A stretch of DNA of 64,000 bases from Terriglobia bacterium (GTDB lineage Bacteria; Acidobacteriota; Terriglobia; Acidiferrales; UBA7541). Positions 1-11,162 of this stretch are shown in pieces (position 1 is the stretch's first letter; the number at the start of each line of letters is the position of its first letter). The position numbers and the translations under genes are program-made. The notes beneath the pieces are model-generated. The model ran no database searches. It saw nothing but the letters and a program-made list of their open reading frames with translations, and was not told where the DNA came from. The DNA is taken from assembly GCA_963695545.1 (NCBI GenBank), contig OY968796.1, forward strand, positions 2,944,001 to 3,008,000. The letters run 5' to 3'.

Positions 1-1556
1 TTGCTGATGTCCACGCGCTCGAAGCGGAACGCGAGGTTGCCGGTTTTCTGCTGCACCAGCAGCGTGATCTCATCGAGATACGCCGAGAACAGCAAAAACG
101 CCGCCAGCGCCGCCGAGCCGATCGCGTATCCCTTCGTCAACGCCTTGGTCGTGTTGCCCACCGAATCCAATCGGTCCGTGCGCTTGCGCACTTCTTCCGG
201 CGCGCCCGACATTTCGATAATCCCGCCGGCGTTGTCCGTGATCGGACCGAACGTGTCCATCGCCAGAATGTACGCCGCGGTAGACAACATCCCCATCGTG
301 GCGATCGCCGTGCCGTACAATCCCGCGCCGCGCGTGCCCGGCAGCGCCATGCGTCCGCAGTAATACGATCCAAGAATCGCGGCCGAGATCGCAATCACTG
401 GCATCGCCGTGCACTCCATCGAGACCGCAATCCCCGCGATAATGTTCGTCGCCGCGCCTGTCACCGACGCCTTCGCGATCGAAAGCACCGGCCTATACCG
501 GTACTCCGTGTAGTACTGCGTGATCCACACGAACACAAAACTGTTCACGATCCCGATTACGCCCGCCGCGAAGAACCACAAATTGTTTTGCAGCAAATAG
601 CGCACGGCCACGTAAAATCCCGCCGTCGCCAGAATCGATGTCGCCAGGTACCCGCGATTCAGCGCCGCCAGCGGATCTTCGCCGTCATTCTTCAAGCGCA
701 CGATCCAAATTCCCACCACCGACGCCACCAACCCAAACGCGCGCGCCACAAGCGGAAAGAAAATCCCCAGAATCCCGAATTTTCCGAACAGCGCCACGCC
801 CAGAATCATCGCGCCGATATTTTCCGCCGCGGTCGATTCAAACAAATCGGCGCCGCGACCCGCGCAATCGCCCACGTTGTCGCCCACCAAATCCGCGATC
901 ACCGCCGGATTGCGCGGATCGTCTTCGGGTATTCCCGCTTCCACTTTGCCCACCAGGTCCGCGCCCACGTCCGCGGCCTTGGTGTAAATCCCGCCGCCCA
1001 GTTGCGCGAACAGCGCCACGAAACTCGCGCCGAATCCGAATCCCACGATCTCGTACGGCACGCCCATGGGATTGCGCATTCCGCCGAAGCCGATAAAAAT
1101 CAGCCCCACACCCAGCAGGGAGAGCGCCACCACGGAAAGTCCCGTCACCGCTCCGCCGCGCAGCGCCAATTGCAGCGCGCGGTTCAAACTCGTGCGCGCG
1201 GCGCTCGCCGCGCGCAAATTCGCGCGAATCGAAACGAACATCCCCGAAAATCCCGCCAGACCCGAACACACCGCGCCGGCGAAGAACGAAATCACCGTCA
1301 TCCACGCCAGCTGACTTCCCTTGGTGAAATAGTAAAAAAAGAACAGCAGAATCGCCAGCAGCAAACTCATCCCATAAATTGTCTTGTACTGGCGCTTCAT
1401 GAAGGCTTCGGCGCCTTCCTTGATGGCTTCCGCGATTGCTTGCATGGCCGCCGTGCCCGTGTCCGCCGCCAGCACTTCCCGCGCGAACAGCGCCGCGATC
1501 CCCAGCGACGCCACGCTTACGGCCATGAAGAACCAGACCCATCCTGTAACCGACAT
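1..1556 (-). CDS. hppA: Membrane-bound H+-translocating pyrophosphatase, K+-independent type (runs off the left edge)
   Basis: Minus-strand frame, absent from the ORF track because it has no stop in the window. Starts at ATG 1556 with GGAGG upstream. Reads MSVTGWVWFF...GGGIYTKAADVGADLVGKVEAGIPEDDPRNPAVIADLVGDNVGDCAG...DSVGNTTKALTKGYAIGSAAL, the canonical mPPase motifs. Confidence 0.96.
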   Translation of the reverse strand, partial: MSVTGWVWFFMAVSVASLGIAALFAREVLAADTGTAAMQAIAEAIKEGAEAFMKRQYKTIYGMSLLLAILLFFFYYFTKGSQLAWMTVISFFAGAVCSGLAGFSGMFVSIRANLRAASAARTSLNRALQLALRGGAVTGLSVVALSLLGVGLIFIGFGGMRNPMGVPYEIVGFGFGASFVALFAQLGGGIYTKAADVGADLVGKVEAGIPEDDPRNPAVIADLVGDNVGDCAGRGADLFESTAAENIGAMILGVALFGKFGILGIFFPLVARAFGLVASVVGIWIVRLKNDGEDPLAALNRGYLATSILATAGFYVAVRYLLQNNLWFFAAGVIGIVNSFVFVWITQYYTEYRYRPVLSIAKASVTGAATNIIAGIAVSMECTAMPVIAISAAILGSYYCGRMALPGTRGAGLYGTAIATMGMLSTAAYILAMDTFGPITDNAGGIIEMSGAPEEVRKRTDRLDSVGNTTKALTKGYAIGSAALAAFLLFSAYLDEITLLVQQKTGNLAFRFERVDIS

Positions 1557-1834
1557 GAATCCTCCGCTGCCGAATCTCGTCAGGAATCCTTGCAGGTGAG
1601 ATCGTAACCAAAAACCAACTCAAGGCTTATAGCAGGCCCCTCGGCAGCGGTCAATACAGCGCAGCCACAGTTTCACAGATCGAAACAGCGCAGAACGAAC
1701 GCTTTGCGGACGCCGCGTCGATTTACGAGGCCTGGAGGCGCGCGGCCTGTGGCCAAGTTCCACGATCAAGCCGGGATTCGCGCGGGCGCATGGCGCTCGG
1801 CTCTGGTAAAATCTCGGCTCCCTTCCCGGGTGCT

Positions 1835-2482
1835 ATGCGTTTAGTGAGAATCTTCTATCGGCGCGTTGTTCCTTGGCTGGAAGCCTTGGTCCTGGCTACC
1901 GGCGGCGTGGGAATGTGCGTGGCCGGATTCATCGATTCGGCCACTCCGTTGCCTCCGGTGGTCCTCGATATTTTGCTGATCGAAGTCTCCATGAAGCGCC
2001 CAGTTCGCATGCCCTATTACGTTCTGATGACCGTGATTGGCTCGGTGCTCGGCGGCGTGCTCCTCTATGTTCTGGCGCGCAAAGGGGAACAGGCCTTCAT
2101 CAAGAAGAGCACCGGGGCTCGCGGAGAAAAAATCCGGAGTTGGGTAGCGCGCAACGGCTTTCTTGCGGTTCTGCTGGGAGCGCTGATGCCGCCGCCGATG
2201 CCTTTCAAGGCCGTGATTCTGGCTGCCGGCGTGGCCGAGATGCCGCTGCGGCCGTTTATTTTCTCGCTGACGCTGGCGCGCGTGATTCGTTTCTCCCTCG
2301 AAGGTTACCTGGCGGTAAGATTCGGCGCGGCCGCGCTCCCATACCTTCGGGAACACAAAATCGCGGGAACATTCTGGTGCGTGGTCATTGCGCTTGCGCT
2401 CTACTTGGCGATGCGCCTCGCCATGCGGCCCAACAAAGAAGAGCGAGCCGCCGAAGAACTGGCCGCCGCGCGGAAGAAGTAG
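1835..2482 (+). CDS. YqaA/DedA (VTT / SNARE-associated) family membrane protein
   Basis: Hydrophobic ORF with DSATPLPP, GSVLGG..LY..AR.G and PPPMPFK...LAAG...M...F....LAR..RF patterns typical of DedA/YqaA. Confidence 0.8.
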   Translation: MRLVRIFYRRVVPWLEALVLATGGVGMCVAGFIDSATPLPPVVLDILLIEVSMKRPVRMPYYVLMTVIGSVLGGVLLYVLARKGEQAFIKKSTGARGEKIRSWVARNGFLAVLLGALMPPPMPFKAVILAAGVAEMPLRPFIFSLTLARVIRFSLEGYLAVRFGAAALPYLREHKIAGTFWCVVIALALYLAMRLAMRPNKEERAAEELAAARKK

Positions 2483-2511
2483 CGCGCGCCGTCGTTCCGT
2501 CCCGCCTCATC

Positions 2512-3594
2512 TTACTTTTCCCCGCCGCTCTCCTCACCGATCGCCTCGCCGGAGCTCGCCGTGTTGAATAGAAATTTCTCCTGCGTCACTTGATTGCTCG
2601 CGTCCACGTCAATCTCCGCGAACACGTTCCGCTCCGCGCGCGGCCCCGTATCGAATCGCAGATCGCGCAGCATCACGCGATGCCCATCACCCAGACCCTC
2701 GACGCGCGCCAAAGGGAACCGCGCGAATTTCAGGAACGCCGCGCCCACATCGCTCTGCTGTGCCGCTTCGAGCGCCGGCGATGCCTCCGCCTTATAGAAC
2801 ACCCGCGCTGATTCCGGATCGAAGGTCGCGCCCGCCGCGAACGACACATCGACCTCGTCGATCGTGTCGTCGGTATCGACTACGCCCGACCACGCGAGCG
2901 GCGACGCCGATTGCGGAAATGCCTCAGCCGTGTTGGCCGCTTCGCCGTGATACTCGCGCGCCGCAATCATCGCCGTTGCGCGCTTCTGCAGAATCAGCCG
3001 CCCGCTGCAGAACGCCGCGACCAGCGCCAGCGCCACCACCGCGCCCCGATCGACCGACTTCCGCTTCGACTTCGCGCCAATTTCCTCCGTGATCATCCGG
3101 AATAACGCGGGCACCAAAAGTCCCGCCAGCAGCAGAAACAGAATCCACGGATCAAGCGATGCCGTCAGATCCCACGCGAACCATCGCGCGCTAAAGGGCC
3201 ACAGCAATTTCACCCCGTAGCTATTCGTCAGATCGAGCAGCACATGCAACCCGCCGCCCGCCAGCGCCGCAAAAAACGCCGGCGCGAACCGCAAGGAATT
3301 TGTAGGGGCGGAGCTTGCCTCCGCCCGGTTTTGCCCCACGGGCTTGCCAAGTCGCCGCCCGATCACAACGAACGTCGCCGCGATCAGCGCGGCCAGAACC
3401 ACGATGCCCACCAGCGAATCCGTCGCCGTGCGATGCGCTTCCAGAAACATCCGCGCGCCGCCGAACACCGATAGCCAATCGAGCTCCGGCGCGAGCCCCG
3501 CCGTCACGATTATCGGCAGCGCCAGCGGCGTCACGCGCTTAAACCCGCAACGCGCGAGCGCCACCGAAGCCAGCACCTGCGTAATCGGTTCCAT
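2512..3594 (-). CDS. Inner-membrane metal-dependent hydrolase (YdjM-like)
   Basis: MEPITQ...APELDW...HRTATDS...LHVLLDLTNSYGVKLLWPFS and a C-terminal FARFP...RDLRF segment match the family layout. The start was moved to ATG 3594. Confidence 0.8.
   Translation of the reverse strand: MEPITQVLASVALARCGFKRVTPLALPIIVTAGLAPELDWLSVFGGARMFLEAHRTATDSLVGIVVLAALIAATFVVIGRRLGKPVGQNRAEASSAPTNSLRFAPAFFAALAGGGLHVLLDLTNSYGVKLLWPFSARWFAWDLTASLDPWILFLLLAGLLVPALFRMITEEIGAKSKRKSVDRGAVVALALVAAFCSGRLILQKRATAMIAAREYHGEAANTAEAFPQSASPLAWSGVVDTDDTIDEVDVSFAAGATFDPESARVFYKAEASPALEAAQQSDVGAAFLKFARFPLARVEGLGDGHRVMLRDLRFDTGPRAERNVFAEIDVDASNQVTQEKFLFNTASSGEAIGEESGGEK
3302..3326 (+). repeat. GTAG-type REP-like palindrome inside a CDS
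   Basis: GTAG-GGGCGGAG-CTTGC-CTCCGCCC: GTAG tetranucleotide followed by a perfect 8-bp stem. Confidence 0.6.
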
Positions 3595-3660
3595 CTCGCT
3601 TGAGGTTATCTCATAAGTGGCTTGCGTTCGTGCAAGTTCCGCTCCACGCTGTTGAAATTG

Positions 3661-6169
<2,509 letters not shown>

Positions 6170-6206
6170 GTCGCGCCGGAACTGAGCAAGAACGCATCGA
6201 ACCCGC

Positions 6207-7742
6207 ATGGCCGATCCGCAAGTGCTCATCGTGGGAGCCGGGCCAACTGGCCTCGTTCTGGCATTGTGGCTCGCGAAAGCCGGAATCCCGCTCCGCATCA
6301 TCGACAAAACGGACGCGCCGGGAACCACCTCGCGCGCCATTGTCATGCACGCGAGGAACCTCGAATTTTACCGTCAGTTGGGCATCGAGCGCTTTGCCAT
6401 CGATGGAGGCATTGAAGTCACGGCACTCAATCTTTGGCTGCGAGCTAAGCATGTCGCGCGCGTCTCCTTCGGCGAGCTCGGAATCAAGATCAGCGCTTAT
6501 CCCTACGCGCTGATTTTCACTCAGGATCTGCAAGAGCAGATGCTCGTCGAGCAATTGAAACTCGCCGGCGTAAACGTTGAACGCGAAACCGAGTTGGTCG
6601 ATTTCACATTCGATGGAAACGGCGTCAGCGCCGAGATACGCAAGAAATCCGGTGAGCGCGAAATTGTGAAGGCCGCCTACATCGCCGGCTGCGATGGCGG
6701 ACACTCGACAGTGCGCGAAAAGCTCGGGATTGATTTTCCCGGCGGAGACTACGCGGACACGTTTTACGTAGCCGACATTCGAGCGAGCGGCCCAGCCGTC
6801 AACGGCGATATGAATATCGCGCTCGATGAAGCCGATTTCCTTGCGATCTTCCCGATGAAAGGCGAAGGGAAAGCGCGCCTGGTTGGCGCGGTGCGGAAGG
6901 AACTGCAAGAAAAAAGAGATTTGCGTTGGGACGACGTGAGCCCCGTGATTCTTCGCGACCTCAAGATGAACGTCGAAGAGGTGAATTGGTTCTCAACCTA
7001 TCGCGTGCATCACCGTGTGGCAGCGCATTTTCAAAAGCAGAGAGCTTTCTTGCTGGGCGACGCCGCTCACGTGCACAGTCCCGTGGGCGGACAGGGGATG
7101 AATACCGGCATCGGCGACGCCGTAAATTTGGCGTGGAAATTGGCGGCTGTGCTGCAAGGAAATTCCGGCGTGGCGCTGCTTGAATCCTACGAATCGGAAC
7201 GCATCGCGTTCGCGCGGCGTCTGGTGGCCACTACGGATCGCGCTTTTTCTTTCGTCTCGGCGCGCGGGCGATTCGCGACGCAAATTCGGATTCGCATCGT
7301 GCCGCGATTGCTGCCCTTCCTTTTCGGATTCGCCGCCATGCGCCGTTTTCTGTTCCGGACGATTTCGCAAATCGCGATCAAATACTCCCAAAGTCCTTTA
7401 AGCCACGGACCAGCTGGAACGATTCGAGGCGGCGAGCGGTTGCCGTGGGTCCAGTTCACGGATGCCGGCGGCAAAACCACGGATAATTTCTCGAGCTTGG
7501 CGACGCGAGCGTGGCAGGTACATTGCTATGGCGATGCGGCGCCGGCGCTAAAAGCGATGTGCGACGCGCGCGCACTGCAACTCGAAATATTTCCGTGGAG
7601 CAGCGACGCGAAAGAAGCAGGCTTGAGAAAAAACGCCGCGTACGTCGTCCGGCCCGATGGATATATCGCCATCGCGGACCGCGATGCCGACCCGGCGAAA
7701 ATTTCCGCGTACCTCGATAGGTGGATGACGCCCGTCAATTAG
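6207..7742 (+). CDS. FAD-dependent aromatic-ring monooxygenase (PheA/TfdB/MhpA-like)
   Basis: IVGAGPTG, GCDGGHSTVR, LLGDAAHVHSPVGGQGMNTGIGDAVNLAWKLA and C-terminal VRPDGYIA. Confidence 0.9.
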   Translation: MADPQVLIVGAGPTGLVLALWLAKAGIPLRIIDKTDAPGTTSRAIVMHARNLEFYRQLGIERFAIDGGIEVTALNLWLRAKHVARVSFGELGIKISAYPYALIFTQDLQEQMLVEQLKLAGVNVERETELVDFTFDGNGVSAEIRKKSGEREIVKAAYIAGCDGGHSTVREKLGIDFPGGDYADTFYVADIRASGPAVNGDMNIALDEADFLAIFPMKGEGKARLVGAVRKELQEKRDLRWDDVSPVILRDLKMNVEEVNWFSTYRVHHRVAAHFQKQRAFLLGDAAHVHSPVGGQGMNTGIGDAVNLAWKLAAVLQGNSGVALLESYESERIAFARRLVATTDRAFSFVSARGRFATQIRIRIVPRLLPFLFGFAAMRRFLFRTISQIAIKYSQSPLSHGPAGTIRGGERLPWVQFTDAGGKTTDNFSSLATRAWQVHCYGDAAPALKAMCDARALQLEIFPWSSDAKEAGLRKNAAYVVRPDGYIAIADRDADPAKISAYLDRWMTPVN

Positions 7743-8049
7743 TCGGCGGCGGATCGTACGTGCCCATGGGGACCGAGCCGCGGCAGCGCCAGATGCGTTC
7801 CGCCGAAAGCACCAGGCCGCGGCGAATGCCGAATCTTTGCACCACGGCGACCGAATAGTGCGAGCACGTCGGGTTGTAGCGGCAACGAATCACCGAGTGC
7901 AAATGCGGACTGACATGCTCCTGATAAAGGTGGACCGCCGACACATATATATCGGCGGTCCACTGCCGCGAAGGGGCGCGGCAACTATCGAATGTAGCCG
8001 TTGCAATTAAGACGGCTATACAGGCCAGATAGGTTTCAGGCCGTTTCAG
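7735..8049 (-). CDS. yidD: Membrane protein insertion efficiency factor YidD (start uncertain, possibly CTG)
   Basis: YQ..VSP.....CRYNPTCSHYS..VQRFG...G..L...RIWRC......G.YDP.P signature. Confidence 0.8.
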   Translation of the reverse strand: MKRPETYLACIAVLIATATFDSCRAPSRQWTADIYVSAVHLYQEHVSPHLHSVIRCRYNPTCSHYSVAVVQRFGIRRGLVLSAERIWRCRGSVPMGTYDPPPTN

Positions 8050-8426
8050 GGATTGCCGCAGCTCGGGCACTTGGGCAGTCCTTGCATGCGCTTCTTGCCG
8101 CAGCTGCACACCACCAGTTCGCCCTTCGGCCGAATGATCAAATAGATCACCAGTCCGATCAGGCCGGTGAAGAGCACGATCACCGGCCACAGAATGGGAT
8201 TTTCCATGCCGCGCGCCGTGGCATCGTTTTTCACCCAGAGGAAAATCGCGACGTTGATGCCGATGACCACGGCCAGGAAAATCAAGGACCCAACGCAGCC
8301 GAGACCTGCGCAGGCGCTGGCGCCGGCCATGCCGTTATCGTTCATTTGCAGAAACAGCGCCGCCGCAAGCAGGGGAGTGCAGTGCGCGAGCGAAAAGCGT
8401 TTCATCTTGTTTGCTGGATCGGGCAT
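8046..8426 (-). CDS. Small membrane protein with PLDc_N-like TM hairpin and C-terminal zinc ribbon
   Basis: WVKNDATARGMENPILWPVIVLFTGLIGLVIYLIIRP followed by CSCG...CPSCG. GGAG upstream. Confidence 0.75.
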   Translation of the reverse strand: MPDPANKMKRFSLAHCTPLLAAALFLQMNDNGMAGASACAGLGCVGSLIFLAVVIGINVAIFLWVKNDATARGMENPILWPVIVLFTGLIGLVIYLIIRPKGELVVCSCGKKRMQGLPKCPSCGNP

Positions 8427-8780
8427 GAGACGTTTCCTCCGACGAACGTTTCTTTTTATCCGGCCTCGCTACCGAACGCGATCACCGCACGACCGCAACC
8501 GCTCGGCCTGTTTGGCCCGTGGGGTGGCGGGAGAATACCACTGGTTGTGGCCGTCGCAAAGCGCGAAATCGCTTTGGGTAAGCGCGCGCTCGGATCCGCC
8601 CCAGGCGTTCGGAGCGACACGATATATTTACGTGCGCGCGACGCTTGCAAACGATCGCGTTCCGTCCTAGGATGCGGCGCACTGACTAGCCTCACAGGGG
8701 GCAAACATCGCCGCCCGATTTGGAGGCGCGACTGGCGCCGTTTGAAATAAGCGCGCGCGGGCCGTTTGCGAGGAGGAAAC

Positions 8781-9548
8781 ATGTTCTGCACGCGATGTGG
8801 CACGTCGGTTCCCGAAGGCGCGGGTTTCTGCACGACTTGCGGCAATCCGATGCAGGCGAATCAACCTGCTCCGCCACCGCCGGTTTATCAGGCGCCGCCC
8901 CCTCCTCCTCCGGTTTATCAGGCACCGCCGACTCCGCCGCCCGTGTATCAGGCGCCGCCGCCGGTGTCTCAAGCGCCGACGCCGGTCTATCAGGCGCCAC
9001 CTCCTCCACCGCCGCCGGTGCAGCTGAAGGCGACTCCGCCGATGGGATACACGCCGACGCAGCCAATGGTGGTGGCGCAATTGCCGTACGCGGGATTCTG
9101 GAAACGATGCTGGGCGTATCTCATCGACTCGTTGATCCTCGGCGTGGTGTTCGCGCTGTTTGCCATCGTTGTGTTTCTGGTGATTGGCGGAGGCGCGCTG
9201 ATTTCGGGCAGCGAGAATGCCCAGGATTTTGCCGCGGCACTTGGAGTGGCGGCGATTCTTATGATTGTTTTCGCGTACCTCGCGCTGATCGTGGTGGTGT
9301 GGCTGTACTTCGCGAAAATGGAAAGTTCCGAGAAGCAGGCCACCATCGGTAAAAAGATGCTGGGCATTTACGTCACCGACGTGAACGGACAGCGGCTCAC
9401 GTTTGGCCGCGCCTCCGGCCGCTTCTTCGCGAAAATTATCACGAACTTAATTCCAGCGGGCATCGGCTGGATCATGGCGGGATTCACCGAGAAGAAGCAG
9501 GCGTTGCACGACATGATCGCGGGCACGCTGGTTTGGCGCCGGCAATAA
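8781..9548 (+). CDS. RDD family protein with N-terminal zinc ribbon and Pro-rich repeat linker
   Basis: MFCTRCG...FCTTCG, then PPPVYQA repeats, then YAGFWKR..AYLID...QATIGKK.LGI.V.D..G.R...KQALHDMIAGTLV. AGGAGG RBS. Confidence 0.9.
   Translation: MFCTRCGTSVPEGAGFCTTCGNPMQANQPAPPPPVYQAPPPPPPVYQAPPTPPPVYQAPPPVSQAPTPVYQAPPPPPPPVQLKATPPMGYTPTQPMVVAQLPYAGFWKRCWAYLIDSLILGVVFALFAIVVFLVIGGGALISGSENAQDFAAALGVAAILMIVFAYLALIVVVWLYFAKMESSEKQATIGKKMLGIYVTDVNGQRLTFGRASGRFFAKIITNLIPAGIGWIMAGFTEKKQALHDMIAGTLVWRRQ
8868..9020 (+). repeat. Intragenic repeat encoding ~5 (P)nVYQA units
   Basis: CCGGT(T/G/C)TATCAGGC-like units separated by variable-length proline codon runs. Confidence 0.8.
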
Positions 9549-9567
9549 CCGAAAAAGTCTCCTTCAC

Positions 9568-9657
9568 GACTCGACTTTCTTCAACTGAACTCGACTTTCT
9601 TCGAGTCAACTCCACTGAGTTCAAATCGATTCAACTGAGTTCGAGTCGATTCAACTG
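9568..9657. repeat. Degenerate 5-bp-period array (18 units) between convergent genes
   Basis: gactc gactt tcttc aactg aactc gactt tcttc gagtc aactc cactg agttc aaatc gattc aactg agttc gagtc gattc aactg, with a 20-bp higher-order period. Confidence 0.8.
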
Positions 9658-11048
9658 TTGAGGTCGAACGTCTGGCGATAGGCCGGAAGCACGACCTTCC
9701 ACTTCGGTCCCATCTTCGATTCAATCAGAGTTTTTAACGCTTGCGATGCGGCGGGCTCGCCGTGCGTTAGATAGGTGGTGCGCGGCGGCGCGGGCATGCC
9801 TCCGAGCCAGCGCAGGATTTCGCCGCGATCGGCGTGCGCGGAAAATTGGCCGAGGTTGACGACTTCGGCCTTCACCGCGACGTCCTGGCCGAGCAGGCGC
9901 ACGGATTTCGCGCCGTCTTGAAGCTGGCGGCCGGTGGTGCCTTCGGCTTGATAGCCGACAAGCAGGACGGCGTTGCGCGCGTCGGGCAGGCGCTGCACGA
10001 GGTGATGCATCACGCGGCCGCCGGTGGCCATGCCGCTGGCGGAAACGATGATGGCAGGCGTTTTCACGGCGTTGATTTGCTTCGATTCCTGAACGCTGCG
10101 CGTGAGATGCAGAGTGTGCGCATCGAGCGGATTGCCGAGGAGCGCGTCCTTGGCGAATTGCGCGCCCTGATCTTCACGATGCGCAAGATAAAGGCTGGTG
10201 ACGCTGATGGCCATGGGGCTATCGACATAGACGGGCAAGCGCGGAATGCGGCCGGAGTCTTCGAGTTGCCGCGTGATGTACATAATACTTTGCGTGCGGT
10301 CGACCGCGAACGCCGGAATCACAATTACGCCGCCGCGCTTGGCAACGCGATTGATAACATCGCCGATGGCGACGTCGGCGGGATCGGTGGGGTGATCGCG
10401 ATCGCCGTAGGTGGATTCGCAGAGCAGGACGTCGCAATTCGGCGGCGGCTCGGGAGTTTTCAGGATCAGATTGTTGTAGCGACCGATGTCGCCGGAGAAC
10501 ATAACCGTGGTGGTGCGGCCGTTTTCGGTGATGGTGAGTTCGATGTTGGTTGAGCCGAGGATGTGGGCGGCATCGCGAAGGCGCACCGTGAATTGCGGAC
10601 TGGTGGTGGAAACGCCTTCGCGCGGAATCGGCTTCAGGGCGGCGAGCACGGGCGCGACTTGTTCGTGCGTATAGAGAGGTAGCGGCGGATGGTGCCGGCT
10701 CTTTCCCATGCGCGCGTCGTCCTGCGCGTCTTCTTCCATGATGTGCGCGGAATCGGGCAGCAGGATGTTGACGAGCTCGATGGTGGCGGGATCGGCGAAG
10801 ATCGGGCCGCGATAGCCATCGCGCACAAGACACGGCAGCCAGCCGGTGTGATCGAGATGCGCGTGCGTGAGCACGACGAAGTCGATGGTGGAGACATCGA
10901 GCGGCTGGTGATCCCAATTGCGCTGGCGCAATTCGCGCGGGCCTTGAAATAGGCCGCAATCGAGAAGCAGTTTCTTGCCGGCTGCTTCGACCAGATATTT
11001 CGATCCTGTTACGGTGCCTGCTGCTCCGAGAAAGGTGATGTTGGCCAT
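9651..11048 (-). CDS. MBL-fold beta-CASP RNA-processing ribonuclease (Ysh1/CPSF-like)
   Basis: FLGAAGTVTGS, LDCG, THAHLDHTG, AHILGS, FSGDIG, ESTYGDR, PAFAVDR, SASGM..GGRV.HH, FSAHAD, THGE. Confidence 0.93.
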   Translation of the reverse strand: MANITFLGAAGTVTGSKYLVEAAGKKLLLDCGLFQGPRELRQRNWDHQPLDVSTIDFVVLTHAHLDHTGWLPCLVRDGYRGPIFADPATIELVNILLPDSAHIMEEDAQDDARMGKSRHHPPLPLYTHEQVAPVLAALKPIPREGVSTTSPQFTVRLRDAAHILGSTNIELTITENGRTTTVMFSGDIGRYNNLILKTPEPPPNCDVLLCESTYGDRDHPTDPADVAIGDVINRVAKRGGVIVIPAFAVDRTQSIMYITRQLEDSGRIPRLPVYVDSPMAISVTSLYLAHREDQGAQFAKDALLGNPLDAHTLHLTRSVQESKQINAVKTPAIIVSASGMATGGRVMHHLVQRLPDARNAVLLVGYQAEGTTGRQLQDGAKSVRLLGQDVAVKAEVVNLGQFSAHADRGEILRWLGGMPAPPRTTYLTHGEPAASQALKTLIESKMGPKWKVVLPAYRQTFDLNS

Positions 11049-11150
11049 AGGCGGCGGATTGTACTCGAAATCGCGGGGGATTTCGCAGGCGAGTGTTCTC
11101 GATGGCAACGCGTTCGCGCGAAGGCTGCGGCGGCGCGGCGAGAGTCGCGG

Positions 11151-11156
11151 TATAAT
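11151..11156 (+). promoter_or_regulatory. -10 box for rnpB
   Basis: TATAAT ending 6 nt before the first base of the P1 helix (11163). Confidence 0.65.
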
Positions 11157-11162
11157 CGGCGC

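Noticed and set aside
588..1607. 339-aa + strand ORF and other ORFs over 1-1620
   Set aside because: Shadow ORFs of hppA, which the ORF track missed because it has no stop inside the window.
9568..9657. Possible mini-CRISPR array
   Set aside because: Period is 5/20 bp with no unique spacers, and there are no cas genes in the window.
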